Shown: positions 1 through 12,088, numbered from the stretch's first letter. The stretch: DNA of 37,863 nt from Utricularia gibba (GCA_002189035.1 NEEC01000141.1:1-37863), one strand, 5' to 3'. Notes: generated by a model from the sequence alone, not told the origin. A program made the numbers and translations.

Positions 1-768
1 TCAACAGCTGTTCATCGGTGTCCAGCAGCCGATGCCAAGACTGCGGGAATCTAGCGAAGAGGGATTGCGAGCATTTGAGATGCAGAACCTGCTGCAGAAG
101 CCATGGTTTCCAGTGCCCTACACACGTTAAAAGCACTTGGGTCCCCGTCGCTCGCCGCCGCCCCAGGCATCTTCTCATGCACCAGATTTCCGATCACCCA
201 AACCCTAAAAAATACAGAGCAAATCAACCACCATTATTTCTAGGTATTTCTCTCTCTCTTTTTTTACTTTAATTCATCTCGACACAGTGTTCCAGATTCT
301 TCTCGCCAACCGCAAAATCATAGGCACTGTGTAGCGTTGTTGCTGTTAAATCTCACTTTCATTGTTGCAGCTGAATACTGTTCACCAAAGCATAACCCTA
401 GCCACACTAACCTACCCCTGCCCTGACCCGCATGATCTGTCTGAACCCACCAAGAGATCTGGGCAAATCTCTGATGTTTTTTTTTTGTTTTTTAACGTTG
501 TCATTCTAAAACTGAAATCTCAAAGATTAGCAATTCTGAAAACTACCTAGTCAGCTAGCATCTTTTTTCTGGTTTAGGGTTAGAAGGGCGAGAATTTCCA
601 GCAGAAGTAAGTTTTCCGGCAGTTTTCCGATGCGTTAGAGTGAGCTCCATTGACAGCATGGTGGATCAGTATGCATACCAGACATCTGTTAACATCTCCG
701 GCCACATGTTCACCGGAATACTCTATGACCAGGGCCCTCGGAACCGGATGGACCGGCAAACTTTCTAA
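1..768 (+). CDS. SRS: SHI/STY (SHI-RELATED SEQUENCE, SRS3-like) RING-like zinc-finger transcription factor, 5'-truncated by the window edge; exons <3-243 and 578-768
   Basis: Exon 1 encodes [38 protein letters not shown], the SHI/STY zinc finger. GT donor at 244 and AG acceptor at 576-577 join in phase 1. Exon 2 gives [48 protein letters not shown], the IGGH domain (ISGH variant), with TAA at 766-768. Confidence 0.92.
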
Positions 769-2801
769 CCGGAGGAAGCTCCTTCTCAGCCCCAGCGGCT
801 GGCTTACTTCAGCAGCCTCTTTTTCATTCCAGAACATCTGCAAGCGGCACGGGTACAACCTCTCCGCATTACCCTAGCCCTAGTCCATTCTCAGCTTTTA
901 CTTGTATAAGTTCACAGCTTTTTCACAACCAAAACCCTTGACATGCAGCCAGGGTTTCTGAATATCCGTCTGAAAGTTTGGACTTGAACATGCAATGAAC
1001 CAGTCTAAATCCATTCAGATTGACTAACACTTCTGATTATCGAGGATGAAACATTGAGATTGTTCATCCCACAAGTGTTTTGAAGCAAGGAGCAGCCTCT
1101 TTCTTAGCATCTTTAGGTTTTGTTAAACTTGTACCTGAGTTTCCCAAGAACATTTGATTTTCCAAGATGTCATGAGAGGAGAACTGATTCTGCAGCAATG
1201 AAATTATTCATTTTCTTTCTAGTTATCTTACCAGGTTTCATCTTTTTGTTTTACAAAAACATTCTTAAAAAAAATTATACAAACACCATGCATGTTTCCT
1301 TAAATTACTTCTAAACACGATAAAAGATGGACAGATGTGAAGAATCACTCCTGTGAGTGTATCTAATGTACTTTATTTTAGTTTCAAACAATGGCGATGC
1401 CCCTTACCAAGAGCATCTTTGAGTGCTTTGAGTACAGATCTGTTCACTGTGGGAACTCGGGCACTCGAGAATGGGGCTGTTTGGTGCTCCTGTGTTCTTT
1501 CAAAATGGAGCATGTCCTTGATTGTGTCGGAAGTTGGAAACAGGAAGAGTCACTGGTGCGATGATTATAGATTAAGGGTTATGATGTTATGCACGAAAGA
1601 GACATGAAATTTACTGCTCACTCAGTTTCCACTTCTTCATTGCCAATTTTCTTGCTAGGTATCGAGTTTGGTGAAAGCACAGAAAAGATTTCTAAAATGC
1701 TGCTCTAGTTCTACACAAGAAAAATGTTAGAAAAGAAGCTCCTATATGCTGAGGCATCTACATGCTGAAACTTACTGTCTCTTCTTCTCCAAGCTGCTTT
1801 CATGAATTTTTACTTACAAGGTTTATTACAGACTTCCATGGCTTTAAACAGCCTCATGCTTAAAAGATTCACATTCACCTGAAGGTTTGCATACTAACTT
1901 TCAGAAGCAACTAAACATCCTGAAAATCAACCCATTTTGTACATGTTATGCAAGGTGAATGTGCCATTATTTTGTTACCTCAGGTCAACTTGAAAACCCC
2001 ATTTACTGACCTGATGAATTGATCAATCCTTTTCTTTGTGAAGTTCAATTGGACCTTCACATCTGGGACATGATTATTCGAACAAATGGCTTGTGCAGCG
2101 CACAGAACTTGTGTTGGCAAATCCAACCTAATTCTTCCCCACACATGGGACTGCGTTAGTTGGAAGTTAATGCAATGGGGCAGTATTAGCCGGTGGCCCA
2201 AAATTCAGGTGCTGAGAAAGGGAAGAAAGCACCAGTGGCAGCGGTGTGTGCACCGCGAAAGCAAAAGCAACCCATGTTGTGTTTGAGTGGATGGGGGAAA
2301 AGCAGGCATTGACAGGAGAAGCTAGAAAGCAAGTTGCTACCTTTACTGCCCAGAGGTTGAAGCCGGGGACTGAGGGGCAAACTCACCAAATGCTTTAAGA
2401 AGTCTACCCTGCGCCTACCTTAGCATCCAAACCCTAAAACAGATTCAGAGGTGACAGATGACCAAACATACTACAGTAAACTGAAGTGAAACGAAATGGA
2501 GAAGGGATCATATCAGGTCTGAACTCCCACCCACATCATCCAACCAAGATCTGTTCTTTTCTCAACATCACCATGTCAGGTTTTCAAATTCGAAAAAATT
2601 CGATTTGAGAAAAAAAAATGAAGAATTCTTGGGAAATAAACACGAATCCAATTTAAATATGACCCACATCATAATGTGGCTTAATCCTACATTTTGATAC
2701 AAATATTTTTTTTTGATCTTGATCAATATGATCGGTAAAACACGGAATTCCAATCGAATGCTGTGAAAATTTAAAAATCAAAATATAAATATTAAAATTT
2801 A

Positions 2802-2806
<5 letters not shown>

Positions 2807-2838
<32 letters not shown>
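2807..2838. repeat. (TA)16 microsatellite
   Basis: Perfect TA dinucleotide run read directly from the sequence. Confidence 0.95.
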
Positions 2839-2843
<5 letters not shown>

Positions 2844-5343
2844 CTTTAAAAATAAATTATATATATCTTAAAATGATTTATTGGGTGTCCTTCTAAGGGC
2901 ACATCTCAAATCCCATAGACAAAGTTACTCATGATTGAGTTGTATTGATATCATTTAAAAAATAAAATTGCTATGTATACATATTATTAAAATACATCAT
3001 TAAAAATTAAATAATAATAATATAAAAATAACATCATTAACAAGAAATTCTGACTGCCGTAACACAGCACACTCCCTCCATGCCACGTCATGTCGAATTT
3101 GAAAGTTAGAATGAATATTATATCTTAAAATAAATTTATTTTATTTAATTTAGATGATATAGCGAGATTAGTTTTTTATATTATTTTTAGTTAGTATATA
3201 AAATATTTGGGATTAGGTAACGTAGAGAAATAAACTCAGGATTGAAAAAATTCCTTTTAATTTCAGATTTAATTAAAACCCTAAAATAAGGGTAAAATAA
3301 ATTATAGATTACGTTTAACCGCATTGATCAAACAAACATTAGCTATATTTGAAAAAATCACTTTAAATTTAATTTTAGAGAAATTTAAAATGCTGATAGA
3401 ATAAGAATTAATATATGTTTGGAAGTATTTTTTAAAAAAACAATTATTACAAAATGAATTCATATTTAAAGTGTAAATAATGAGAATTGATTTTAATAAT
3501 TAATGATATATTTATCCATACTTATTAATAATTATATTTTATAAATTTTAAAATATGTTTTCGATATTATTTATATAAAAATATTACATGATTTTTGAAT
3601 CATATTTTATGCTATTAATTTAATTTAAATATATTTATATTAAAATTATAATTATAATTTAAAAATTAAAATAACTAAAATATTTATAAAAATAGATATA
3701 TCTGTACTTTCAATCTTAAAATCAATTTTCATATAGAAAATAATATCTCATTATTTTCACAAAGAATTCATATTCAAAAATTAATTCTCTTGTAATAGAA
3801 TTTTATATACCTCATTCTACATGCTTCCAGAAGTTGCTAGACATCAATAATTAAGGCAAGATGGGAGGAAGCAAATTGAATGATGCTGGTTGGATGGTTG
3901 GTCGAGGTTATGAATTGGATCCGCAGCAACGTGGGAGTCTCGGCATCGAGAGATCTGAGTACCGATGTGGGATCGGATAAATGCTGGCCCTCATTCACAA
4001 TCGCCTGTCTGCGCCAGAAACAGATATGCAGCTCCAACAGATGCCCATTTCCCGATCCCCACCACGCCCCGAGGGGATCTGCTGTCGGTTCAATGTACAC
4101 ACACCACAACCCAGGGCAGGGCCAGGCCACTTGCTCTTTCAATGATAGCAAGAAACGTGCACTGCAGCCCCGTCTGATGTTTTCCAGATAAATGTTAGCG
4201 ATTAAGGCGGCGCGTGAGGCTGAGGCTTCTCCTCTCCTGGCCGGCCACCGTCGTCTTTCAGCTTCAACGCCGTGTAGGTCTCTACTGGTACGTAGCTGTC
4301 GATTTCAAGATCCTAAATGAAAAGTCGTTTCCATTGGACCGGAGGAAGAAACGTGGTAACTTGGGAGCTTGTCTGAAATCTGCAGCACACACACTTCACC
4401 CTATTGAGACGATACTCGCCTTGTGAAGATGTATTTGTTGAAATTAAGTATCAGATAGATGGTAACAATATATCTGAAATCTACACAATAATAGTAAATC
4501 ACATTAAAAAAGAAATTAGTCTTCCATCTAATTAAGATTTTTTTTTTATGTAATTGTAGATAGTGTTCAAATTATAGATCAATCTAATTTCTTTTACCTT
4601 AACTCATTACATCTCTTTTTTTAATTAAAATTTGCACCAATACAAAACTCATATTGACTACCAAGAGTAATGTCGTAAAAAAAATGTTTTGATACTATAT
4701 TGAAATTAAAAATTCAATGTATCAAAGAAGTATACATAAAGTTTATGTACATAAAAAAAATTATATTAGAAAAAATTATGTGTAATTGATTATCAGTGAT
4801 TCGATATTTTATATATTAGATTATTTTATTTTTCATTTTAAGATATATTATTACTTGTTATAACAGCATTGTCAAGTGGTTGCCTTGTCACGCAGTATGG
4901 AGATTATATCTATGGCGGACGATTTCACTTAACCGGTTGGTCACTCTGCACAGACATGACAGAGTGTCTCGCGCAGGGAAGAGTCAACAGTGGATGCAAA
5001 CTCATGAAGACAGCAAACCTACTGCTCTGTCTCGGAGCTAAATCCCTGTCTTAACTCATGGAAATAATGCAGAAGAATACACGATAATTGGTAGGTGGAA
5101 TGGAACAACGCATCGAAGAAGGATAGACAGACAGATAATTCACCCTGTACCAAATGGAGGGTAAAAACGTCCAGCAAAACCTGCATTTGGGCCATGCAAG
5201 AGGCCCCATCACGATGGCCCATCATCTACCCCACACCCCCCTATCCGAAAGCAAAAGCAAACATTTTAATATATATTGTACAATTTCATTATTTTTTAAA
5301 TACAAAAAAAACAATGGGAAAATAAGGGCTTAGAATATTTTAA

Positions 5344-5650
5344 TAAAATGATGAAACTAGGGGGTTTAGTACTATGTTATTAATACTTTATACTTTAATA
5401 AGATTTAATATAATTTATCAAATTAAATTATTCTGATTAAACTCCATACAAATCCGGTTCTCAATGACCATCGATCCGATTCATAATCCTAAATCCTAAA
5501 CTTTAAACCATAAAATGATGAAACTAGGGGGTTTAGTACCATGTTATTAATATTTGATCATTTAATGAAATTTAATCTAATTTATTAAATTGAATTATTA
5601 TGATTAATATCCATTCAAATCGGGTTCTCAACCACCGTCGATCCGATTTC
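5344..5650 (+). repeat. Imperfect tandem duplication, period about 167 bp, two copies
   Basis: TAAAATGATGAAACTAGGGGGTTTAGTAC...TTCTCAA...TCGATCCGATT occurs at 5344 and again at 5511. The copies are separated by a telomere-like spacer (AATCCTAAATCCTAAACTTTAAACCA). Confidence 0.85.
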
Positions 5651-5710
5651 GGACCTCCGGTCCGACACAGTGGCGTTGGCAATGGGCAGAATATCTATCC
5701 ATCATCATCA

Positions 5711-5730
5711 TCTCTCTCTCTCTCTCTCTC
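5711..5730. repeat. (TC)10 microsatellite in the BBX 5' region
   Basis: Direct read; preceded by a short (CAT)n run. Confidence 0.9.
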
Positions 5731-5896
5731 TGTATCGCTTTTCCATGAGAAGAATAACATCTGAATCTCAGATAAAACTCCACTTCGGGGATTTAAAATG
5801 CTGCCGTAGCCGAGCTGTATCATGTGTCAGCCACACTGCATCTGCCCATAAATGGACCTCACTCTCTTCTTCAGGTGGAGCGCAGGGCAGAGTGAA

Positions 5897-6435
5897 ATGA
5901 AGATCCAATGCGATGTCTGCTGTAGAGCGGAGGCCAGGGTTTTCTGCGCCTCCGATGAAGCTGCACTCTGCCTCAACTGCGACCATCACATCCACTCAGC
6001 CAACAAGCTGGCGTCTCAGCATCCCCGCACTCCCCTCGTTGAGAACCACCGTGGAGAGTCTCCGCTCTGCGACACCTGCAAGGTACTTTTGATGAGATCT
6101 GTGAAACCCTTCTTCTTTTTAAGCAGTTCGGTTTGCTGCAGGAAAAGCGGGCGCTGGTGTTTTGCCAGGAAGATCGAGCGATCCTTTGCACGAACTGCGA
6201 CCTGGCGGCACACCAAGTTAACCAGTACACGAGGAAGCACAGCAGGTTCCTGTTCACAAGGATAAAAGTTGGAAACAATACACATGGAAGTGCACATCAG
6301 AACTGGGTTTCAAGCCAGAATGCCGTCTCCCAGAATTCAGCCATCACAATATCTGAGTATCTTCTCATGGGAACCTTACCATGTTGGCAAGTTGAGGACT
6401 TGCTGGAGAGCACTTCCAGTTTTTGTTACCAATAA
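5897..6435 (+). CDS. BBX: Double B-box zinc-finger protein (BBX group IV, BBX20/BBX21-like); exons 5897-6082 and 6142-6435; a third exon is uncertain
   Basis: B-box 1 MKIQCDVC...FCASDEAALC..CD..IHSANKLASQH and B-box 2 CDTCK|EKRALVFCQEDRAILC..CD...H are joined by a 59-nt phase-0 GT-AG intron. The C-terminal ISEYLLMGTLPCWQVEDLL resembles the conserved BBX20/21 motif. Confidence 0.9.
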
Positions 6436-6868
6436 ACTAACTGAAACCCATTCAATGAAATCTTAACAAAAAAAAAAATCACCATGAATTGGTTTTAACA
6501 ATTTCACCACTACATGATGTCTCATCGCCAGATCCCCAGGCATATTGGTGGTACTCGCCAAACTCAGAAATGGGTACACTGAGGAGGATTCAAAATGATG
6601 CTGCATCAGTTATTTCACATGATGGAACCAATGAATCCCCTCAAGCAGATCCATTTTTCTGTGGCCTTCAACTGTCTCCCTTTTATCATCGTTCATGAAG
6701 TTGCTATGTTTTGGAAGAAAATCATAATTCGATACTTCTTCAGCTTAGGGTTTCCTTTCTCATTGTTTTCATTCATTTTGCAGACTCAGAGTGTAAGAGT
6801 TTGGACAGTTGATGGAATGTATACAAAACCCTGTCCAAATCTTAAAGCAAACAAGACCGCAGACATAT

Positions 6869-7499
6869 TTAATTCTGGATGAGCCTGAAAGGAGGCTTCA
6901 CGAAAGCAGGTGAGGGATCATATGTCCCGTAGTCATCATCCCTGGTGTCTTTGAGTGCTCTTCCATGGATCTTCCTTCCGTCTTCGTGCTTCAAAAATTG
7001 TGAATCCTATACCAGGATTGGAAGAAAGACATGAATCCATGCACTCTTTCAACCTCAAAGCGAGCACATGGCGCTCGAATCCGACATTTTTGTAGACTTA
7101 GTTACTTACCTCTTGAGTTGGAGTCCTTTGCTCCATTGAATTTGAAACCCTCACTAAGACAAAATAAAGTTGTATCTTATTATATGTTAGAACGAGAATG
7201 ATAAATCAGCATGAGTAAAAGTGTATTCTTTGTACATTTTTCTATTGTATTTTCATTTTTATAAACTCAATATAGAGTATTCATCTTTGGTCGTAAAATT
7301 TGAAACTCAATGGACTGTATTCACAGTATATTCATGACACTGTGCATCTCGAGTTGGATTCAGTTTCAAATTTGATGCTGTGTGGCAAAAATGTGAAGAA
7401 GTTACCTGCAAAAGAGGTGGAAAGAATGGCGTAGAGGAGGAGGAGGAGGAGAGCTGCAGCAGCACCCGCAACAGCATTGTTCTTCTGCATCAGACTCAT
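6869..7499 (-). CDS. CIF: CASPARIAN STRIP INTEGRITY FACTOR (CIF)-type sulfated peptide precursor, 91 aa; exons 7499-7406, 7153-7110, 7006-6869
   Basis: The spliced product is MSLMQKNNAVAGAAAALLLLLLYAILSTSFA-VRVSNSMEQRTPTQE-DSQFLKHEDGRKIHGRALKDTRDDDYGTYDPSPAFVKPPFRLIQN*. It has a signal peptide, canonical GT-AG sites with matching phases, and a C-terminal 21-mer resembling CIF1 DYGNNSPSPRLERPPFKLIPN. Confidence 0.9.
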
Positions 7500-8601
7500 T
7501 CAATACCAGACGTGTTAAGGGCTCTTTATTACACTATATTCTCCAGAATTGATTGCCCATTAAAGTTAGGGAGCATCTTTACTTTTTTTCTCTTTTGAAA
7601 ACTTTTAGAGAAGTGAATTGAATCACCTTTTCGTTTTGAAAAATCCAAAGGAACATAAAGATGTGAATGTCTTTCTTGCAAACACTGAACCGGATATTCC
7701 TTCTCAGTGGGATGCTTTTTTTATGCATACTTTCCATAGTCTTCGATGTAGATTGTGAGGAAACAACATCTGTGCAGCATTCCAGAATCCTGAAAACCCC
7801 ATCTCTTACAAGTGCAAATTTTGACATTATTCCAGAACTCTATCCCTGCCATTCTGATTTTCCATGATAATACTGACTTTATCTAATTATTTTAATGCAA
7901 TGAATACTCCACATCGATGTCCTAAGCGTGATGGAATCAGGTATGAGTGTCGTAAACATGGTGGAGTTTCACCCAAAACGACAACGACAACACACCAAAT
8001 GCCACCTTTTTGCGTAGTACCACTGCTACGCAGTTTTGGTTGAGTAACTGTGCTGCGTATCTTTGAATGCTCTTTGTCATGTCGATATGGATATCAAGGC
8101 TCTTCATTTAATCTAACTGTCTCGCTCTGAAATCCTCGGGGATGAGTTTCTGGAGGGGATCGTTCTTCTGCTGCTAGTGCTGTTGCAAGGACATAATCAT
8201 ACCATTAACTTTAATGGCGCTTAGAAAATCGATCTGGCAGTGACAGTGTTTATTCCAAATGAGAGTGCCAACTTGCCAACTTATGTGAAGTGTAATAACA
8301 AGAACCTGAATCAGAGCAATGATGAGCATTTATTTGAAATGGCAATTTGGGAAAGCCATCTCCTCCCGTATGGCATCAACTGTCACATGGCGATTTCTCT
8401 GGTTGAACTGGAGGGACAACAAAAGCAAATGCTGATGTTCAGCATTTGTAACCGCTGCATAGCAGAACGCAATTGAAGAAGGAGATGCTTTTGTTTTAGA
8501 AAAGAATGAACACATTTTAGTTGTGCGATTGGATCACATTCATTTCACCATTCATATAATGCTGCATTCCCAATAACAAATCTCCCTGCATCACCGGAGC
8601 A

Positions 8602-9730
8602 ATGGAACTCGGACGCGGTGGCCCCGATAGGACCTTCCTCAAGCCCGGCGGCAGCCACCGCAAGAACCACCGCGATTACTTTGACCGTCGTCCAGTCTTT
8701 AAAACCATTTCCTGGTTCCTTCTCATCATCCTTGCGTCCTTGATCCTTACCAATTTCACGGATTCTCCAATTTGGAGCAAAGATTCCGACACCCACTTCA
8801 AGACTTCGAGGCAAAACTTAGCCTCAGTGAAGGAATATGATGACTTAGATAAAGTACTGAGAGCAGCAGCCATGGAGGGAAGCAAAACAGTGATCATAAC
8901 CACAGTCAATTCTGCATGGATGGAGCATGGCTCCATCTTCGATCTCTTCATGGAGAGCTTCACAATCGGGAACCAAACCTGGAGCCTTCTGAACCATCTG
9001 GTTGTAGTAGCTCTCGATCACAAAGCCTATACCCGTTGCTTGCAGATTCACATTCATTGCATCCCTATACCCCCAAGGAACAGATCTTTCCAAAACAACC
9101 CACTTCATGAGCACTGAGTACATGAAAATGGTGTGGAGAAGGATCGGCTTCTTAGGCGCCGTACTTGAAATGGGATACGACTTCATATTCACTGATGCAG
9201 ATATACTATGGCTAAGGAATCCATTTCCAAGGTTTCACGCCAAGGGAGATGCTGATCTCCAATTTGCTTGTGACCTCTACAAGCTGAACTCCACGGATTT
9301 GAACAACTTGCCGAACGGGGGTTTCATGTACGCAGTCTCAAACAATCGCACCATTCAGTTCTTCAAGTTCTGGAACAATGCGAGGGATTATTTCCCTGGT
9401 AAGAATGAGCAAGAAGTGTTCAACTTGGTGAAGTTTTACCCCATCATTTCTCGAATCGGGCTACAAATCCGGTTCCTCAACACTGATTACTTTGGTGGGC
9501 TTTGTCAGAGCCGCCATGATCTTGATCTTGTGATCACAGTGCACGCGAACTGCTGCGTTGTGTTGGGAAACAAGATCCATGATCTCAAACTAGTTATGAA
9601 AGAGTGGAACGAGTATATGTCTTTGGCTTCTGATGATGTTAGAAATCGCAAGAACTCAAGCACCGGCAGCAGATCGTGGGCTGGTTCTTTGAGATGCGGC
9701 ATGAAAAGGAAGCAGGTGCTGAACGGATGA
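8602..9730 (+). CDS. Nucleotide-diphospho-sugar transferase family (Nucleotid_trans, GT77-like) type II membrane protein; intronless, with one frameshift near 9060-9075 (possible pseudogene or assembly error)
   Basis: N-terminal TM helix, then LDKVLRAAAMEGSKTVIITTVNSAW, LLNHLVVVALDHKAYTRC in ORF 8602-9117. The sequence continues in another frame as GTDLSKTTHFMSTEYMKMVWRRIGFL...FIFTDADILWLRNPF (DxD), PNGGFMY, KNEQEVFN and HANCC. Confidence 0.85.
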
Positions 9731-9881
9731 AAAAGTTTGGGGCAACTTCGGAATTACATGAAACTTACTGTAGTCATTTGTGGATTCTGATTAGTTTGAG
9801 GGGCAGTTTGTAATTGTTCAATAAGTTTTATATTGTGAAGAATGATTTGATTTTTGAAATTAATGGGGGTTATGGTGTATA

Positions 9882-9964
9882 TGGGCCGGACAGTAAGCCG
9901 GCTTTGTAGAGTAGTATAGTACTGTTTGATTTAAGGCCCAAAATTGATAACAAAACTAGGGTTT
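9882..9964 (+). promoter_or_regulatory. Ribosomal-protein-type promoter: two site II motifs and a telo-box
   Basis: TGGGCC at 9882-9887, GGCCCA at 9935-9940 and TAGGGTTT at 9957-9964 lie upstream of the RPS25 ATG, the usual arrangement in plant ribosomal protein promoters. Confidence 0.7.
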
Positions 9965-10038
9965 CGTTGTGCGGCTCCAAAATTAGGTTTTCTCTCCGCC
10001 CCCTTTCTGTAGCTTCTCCGAGATAGTTTGCTGCTGTG

Positions 10039-11084
10039 ATGGTGAGATTCCTCTCTGCGGTCCTCAGACCAGGGCGCTTTGCGTTACCTGATCCCAGCTT
10101 CATTGATTTTACATCTTGGTTCTGTGATTTATAGGCTCCTAAGAAGGATAAGGCTCCCCCGCCGTCGTCAAAGCCGGCAAAATCAGGAGGTGGGAAACAA
10201 AAGAAAAAGGTCTGGCGATAGTTCCTGCATTTGTTTCTCTTCGATTGTATGTATGCTCGCTTGGGTTGTAATTTTGGTTTTATGGCATTATTTCTTTTAC
10301 AGAAATGGAGCAAGGGAAAGCAGAAGGAGAAAGTGAACAACATGGTTCTCTTTGACAAAGCAACATATGATAAATTGCTGTCAGAGGCACCGAAATACAA
10401 GCTCATCACCCCTTCGGTGCTCTCAGATCGTCTCCGGGTGAGCATATTTACGTACACAGAACCTTTTCATGAATTTAAACAGCTGCTTTTCCTGCTTGAT
10501 ATCCTATTCTTTCGTCGATATTCATATTAAACAAAAAATGTTACGCATTATCCTCTCTTCTGCTGAAGGACCTTCATTTTCTCGTTAAAATGATGAGTTT
10601 CTGGAATGCATGTGGATCATAGATAGGGTCTTCATGATGTTTGCTTTTTCCCATATTTTTCCGGGTTTTGAAGTCCTTAGTTTTTCTCTGCACCCTTTCA
10701 TTCGAGATTGTATATACTTCTACTTCGAATGGCTTCTTCTTCTTGAAGTGCCTGTGTTGAAGAACTGTTTCTTATGGTAGGATGTCCTCATTCTATGCAA
10801 TTGTCATGTTTGTTTCTCACTCCGACCTTGTCATACTTGGTTCTCTGTTTCTTTGGGATGCATTCTACCTCAAATGGTCTGCAGGGGATGGCTAATGAAT
10901 GCATGCAAAACATTGTAGTTCTCGACCTCGAGCATGTTTACATTTCCTCATTGCAGTTTCTGTTCTACAGATCAGCGGATCACTCGCAAGAAAAGCAATC
11001 AGGGACTTGATGGCTCGAGGCTCTATCAGAATGGTTTCTGCGCATTCCAGCCAACAGATATATACTAGGGCAACGAATACTTAG
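10039..11084 (+). CDS. RPS25: 40S ribosomal protein S25 (eS25); exons 10039-10041, 10135-10209, 10303-10437, 10971-11084
   Basis: M|[25 protein letters not shown]|[45 protein letters not shown]|[37 protein letters not shown]. All introns are GT-AG phase 0. Confidence 0.97.
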
Positions 11085-12088
11085 TTGTTGTTGAGCACCA
11101 ATCAAATTGTCCGGATGAGACCATTTGCAGACCTTGCCTGGACAGATGGAGGTTATTTAATACTATCAAAGTTTCTCTTGGCTTCGAATGTTCTTGTTGG
11201 CTTTTTTTAACCAAGATTTTAAATTTTGATGAAATTTTCCTAAATTTTGGATCTTGGGTTCATTCTGAAATAAAATTTCTGACCTCTAAATTTTCGCTGT
11301 CAGAATTCTGCAAGTACCCATTTTTTTAATTTGACATTTATGTATTAAAACTTGTATTTATTTTTGTTATATAGTATGTAAATTGCGCAAAATCTTTTTA
11401 AAATCATTTAATAAATCTTAATTATGTACAAATCAGCACCACCGTGGTGCGAATGACGACGGCGACGGCGGTTGCCTTTTTTTGGTTGAAGAAGAAGAGC
11501 CTCAAACGCAATTCCAGAAATGGAGAGACTTCCATTCCACTTTCGAGTGGAACCTATTGACTGTTTAGTTTTCCGGTTTCAAGATGATTTGAAGCACCAA
11601 GATGCCGTCTTATTCTTCTCTTGTTAGGTTTTCGCTGCTTTCTGCAACCGACGGTCCGACACAGATCACCTGCCACGTCCTAAATCTTTGACCACCAACC
11701 CAGATGATCACGAGGAAGGAATCGTCGGTGGTTTATGATATGAAGCGAAGAAGAAAACAGGATAATGAAGTGAATTTATGATTCATGAAAGTGGAGCCAG
11801 ATGGAAGGTTGGCGCGGTTGGCAGGGGCATTCGTCTGAACTGGGTTGGTGGGGGTGATCGTCGCCGATCACCTTTCAAATTTGGGTTTTGTATTTTAGTC
11901 TGCCAGGGCAGGACTATCTTGACGGTGGCGGCCGACTTCATGGACCAGAATGGCTACGAAGTTTCTTGAGTTTTCTTTTCAAATTTCAACAACCGAGTGG
12001 TCTGCAAATTTCCGACTCCATGTGGGTAATCTTTTGACATGTGTCCAACTACTCAGAGCTTACTTCATGTATATATATAGAGAATGCC

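Noticed and set aside
3880-4191. 103-aa ORF in a GC-richer island with several ACGTG and GATAA motifs
   Set aside because: No signal peptide, domain or splice support; more likely cis-regulatory DNA, but not supportable as a feature.
9870-10457. 195-aa minus-strand ORF across the RPS25 promoter and exons
   Set aside because: Antisense to a conserved ribosomal protein gene, with no coherent protein features.
10590-10700. Possible C/D snoRNA in RPS25 intron 3 (ATGATGA at 10590)
   Set aside because: No D box (CTGA) at a suitable distance and no terminal stem.
11535-11552. 7-bp hairpin with TTCG loop (TTCCACT-TTCG-AGTGGAA)
   Set aside because: Too short to distinguish from chance, with no associated RNA gene.
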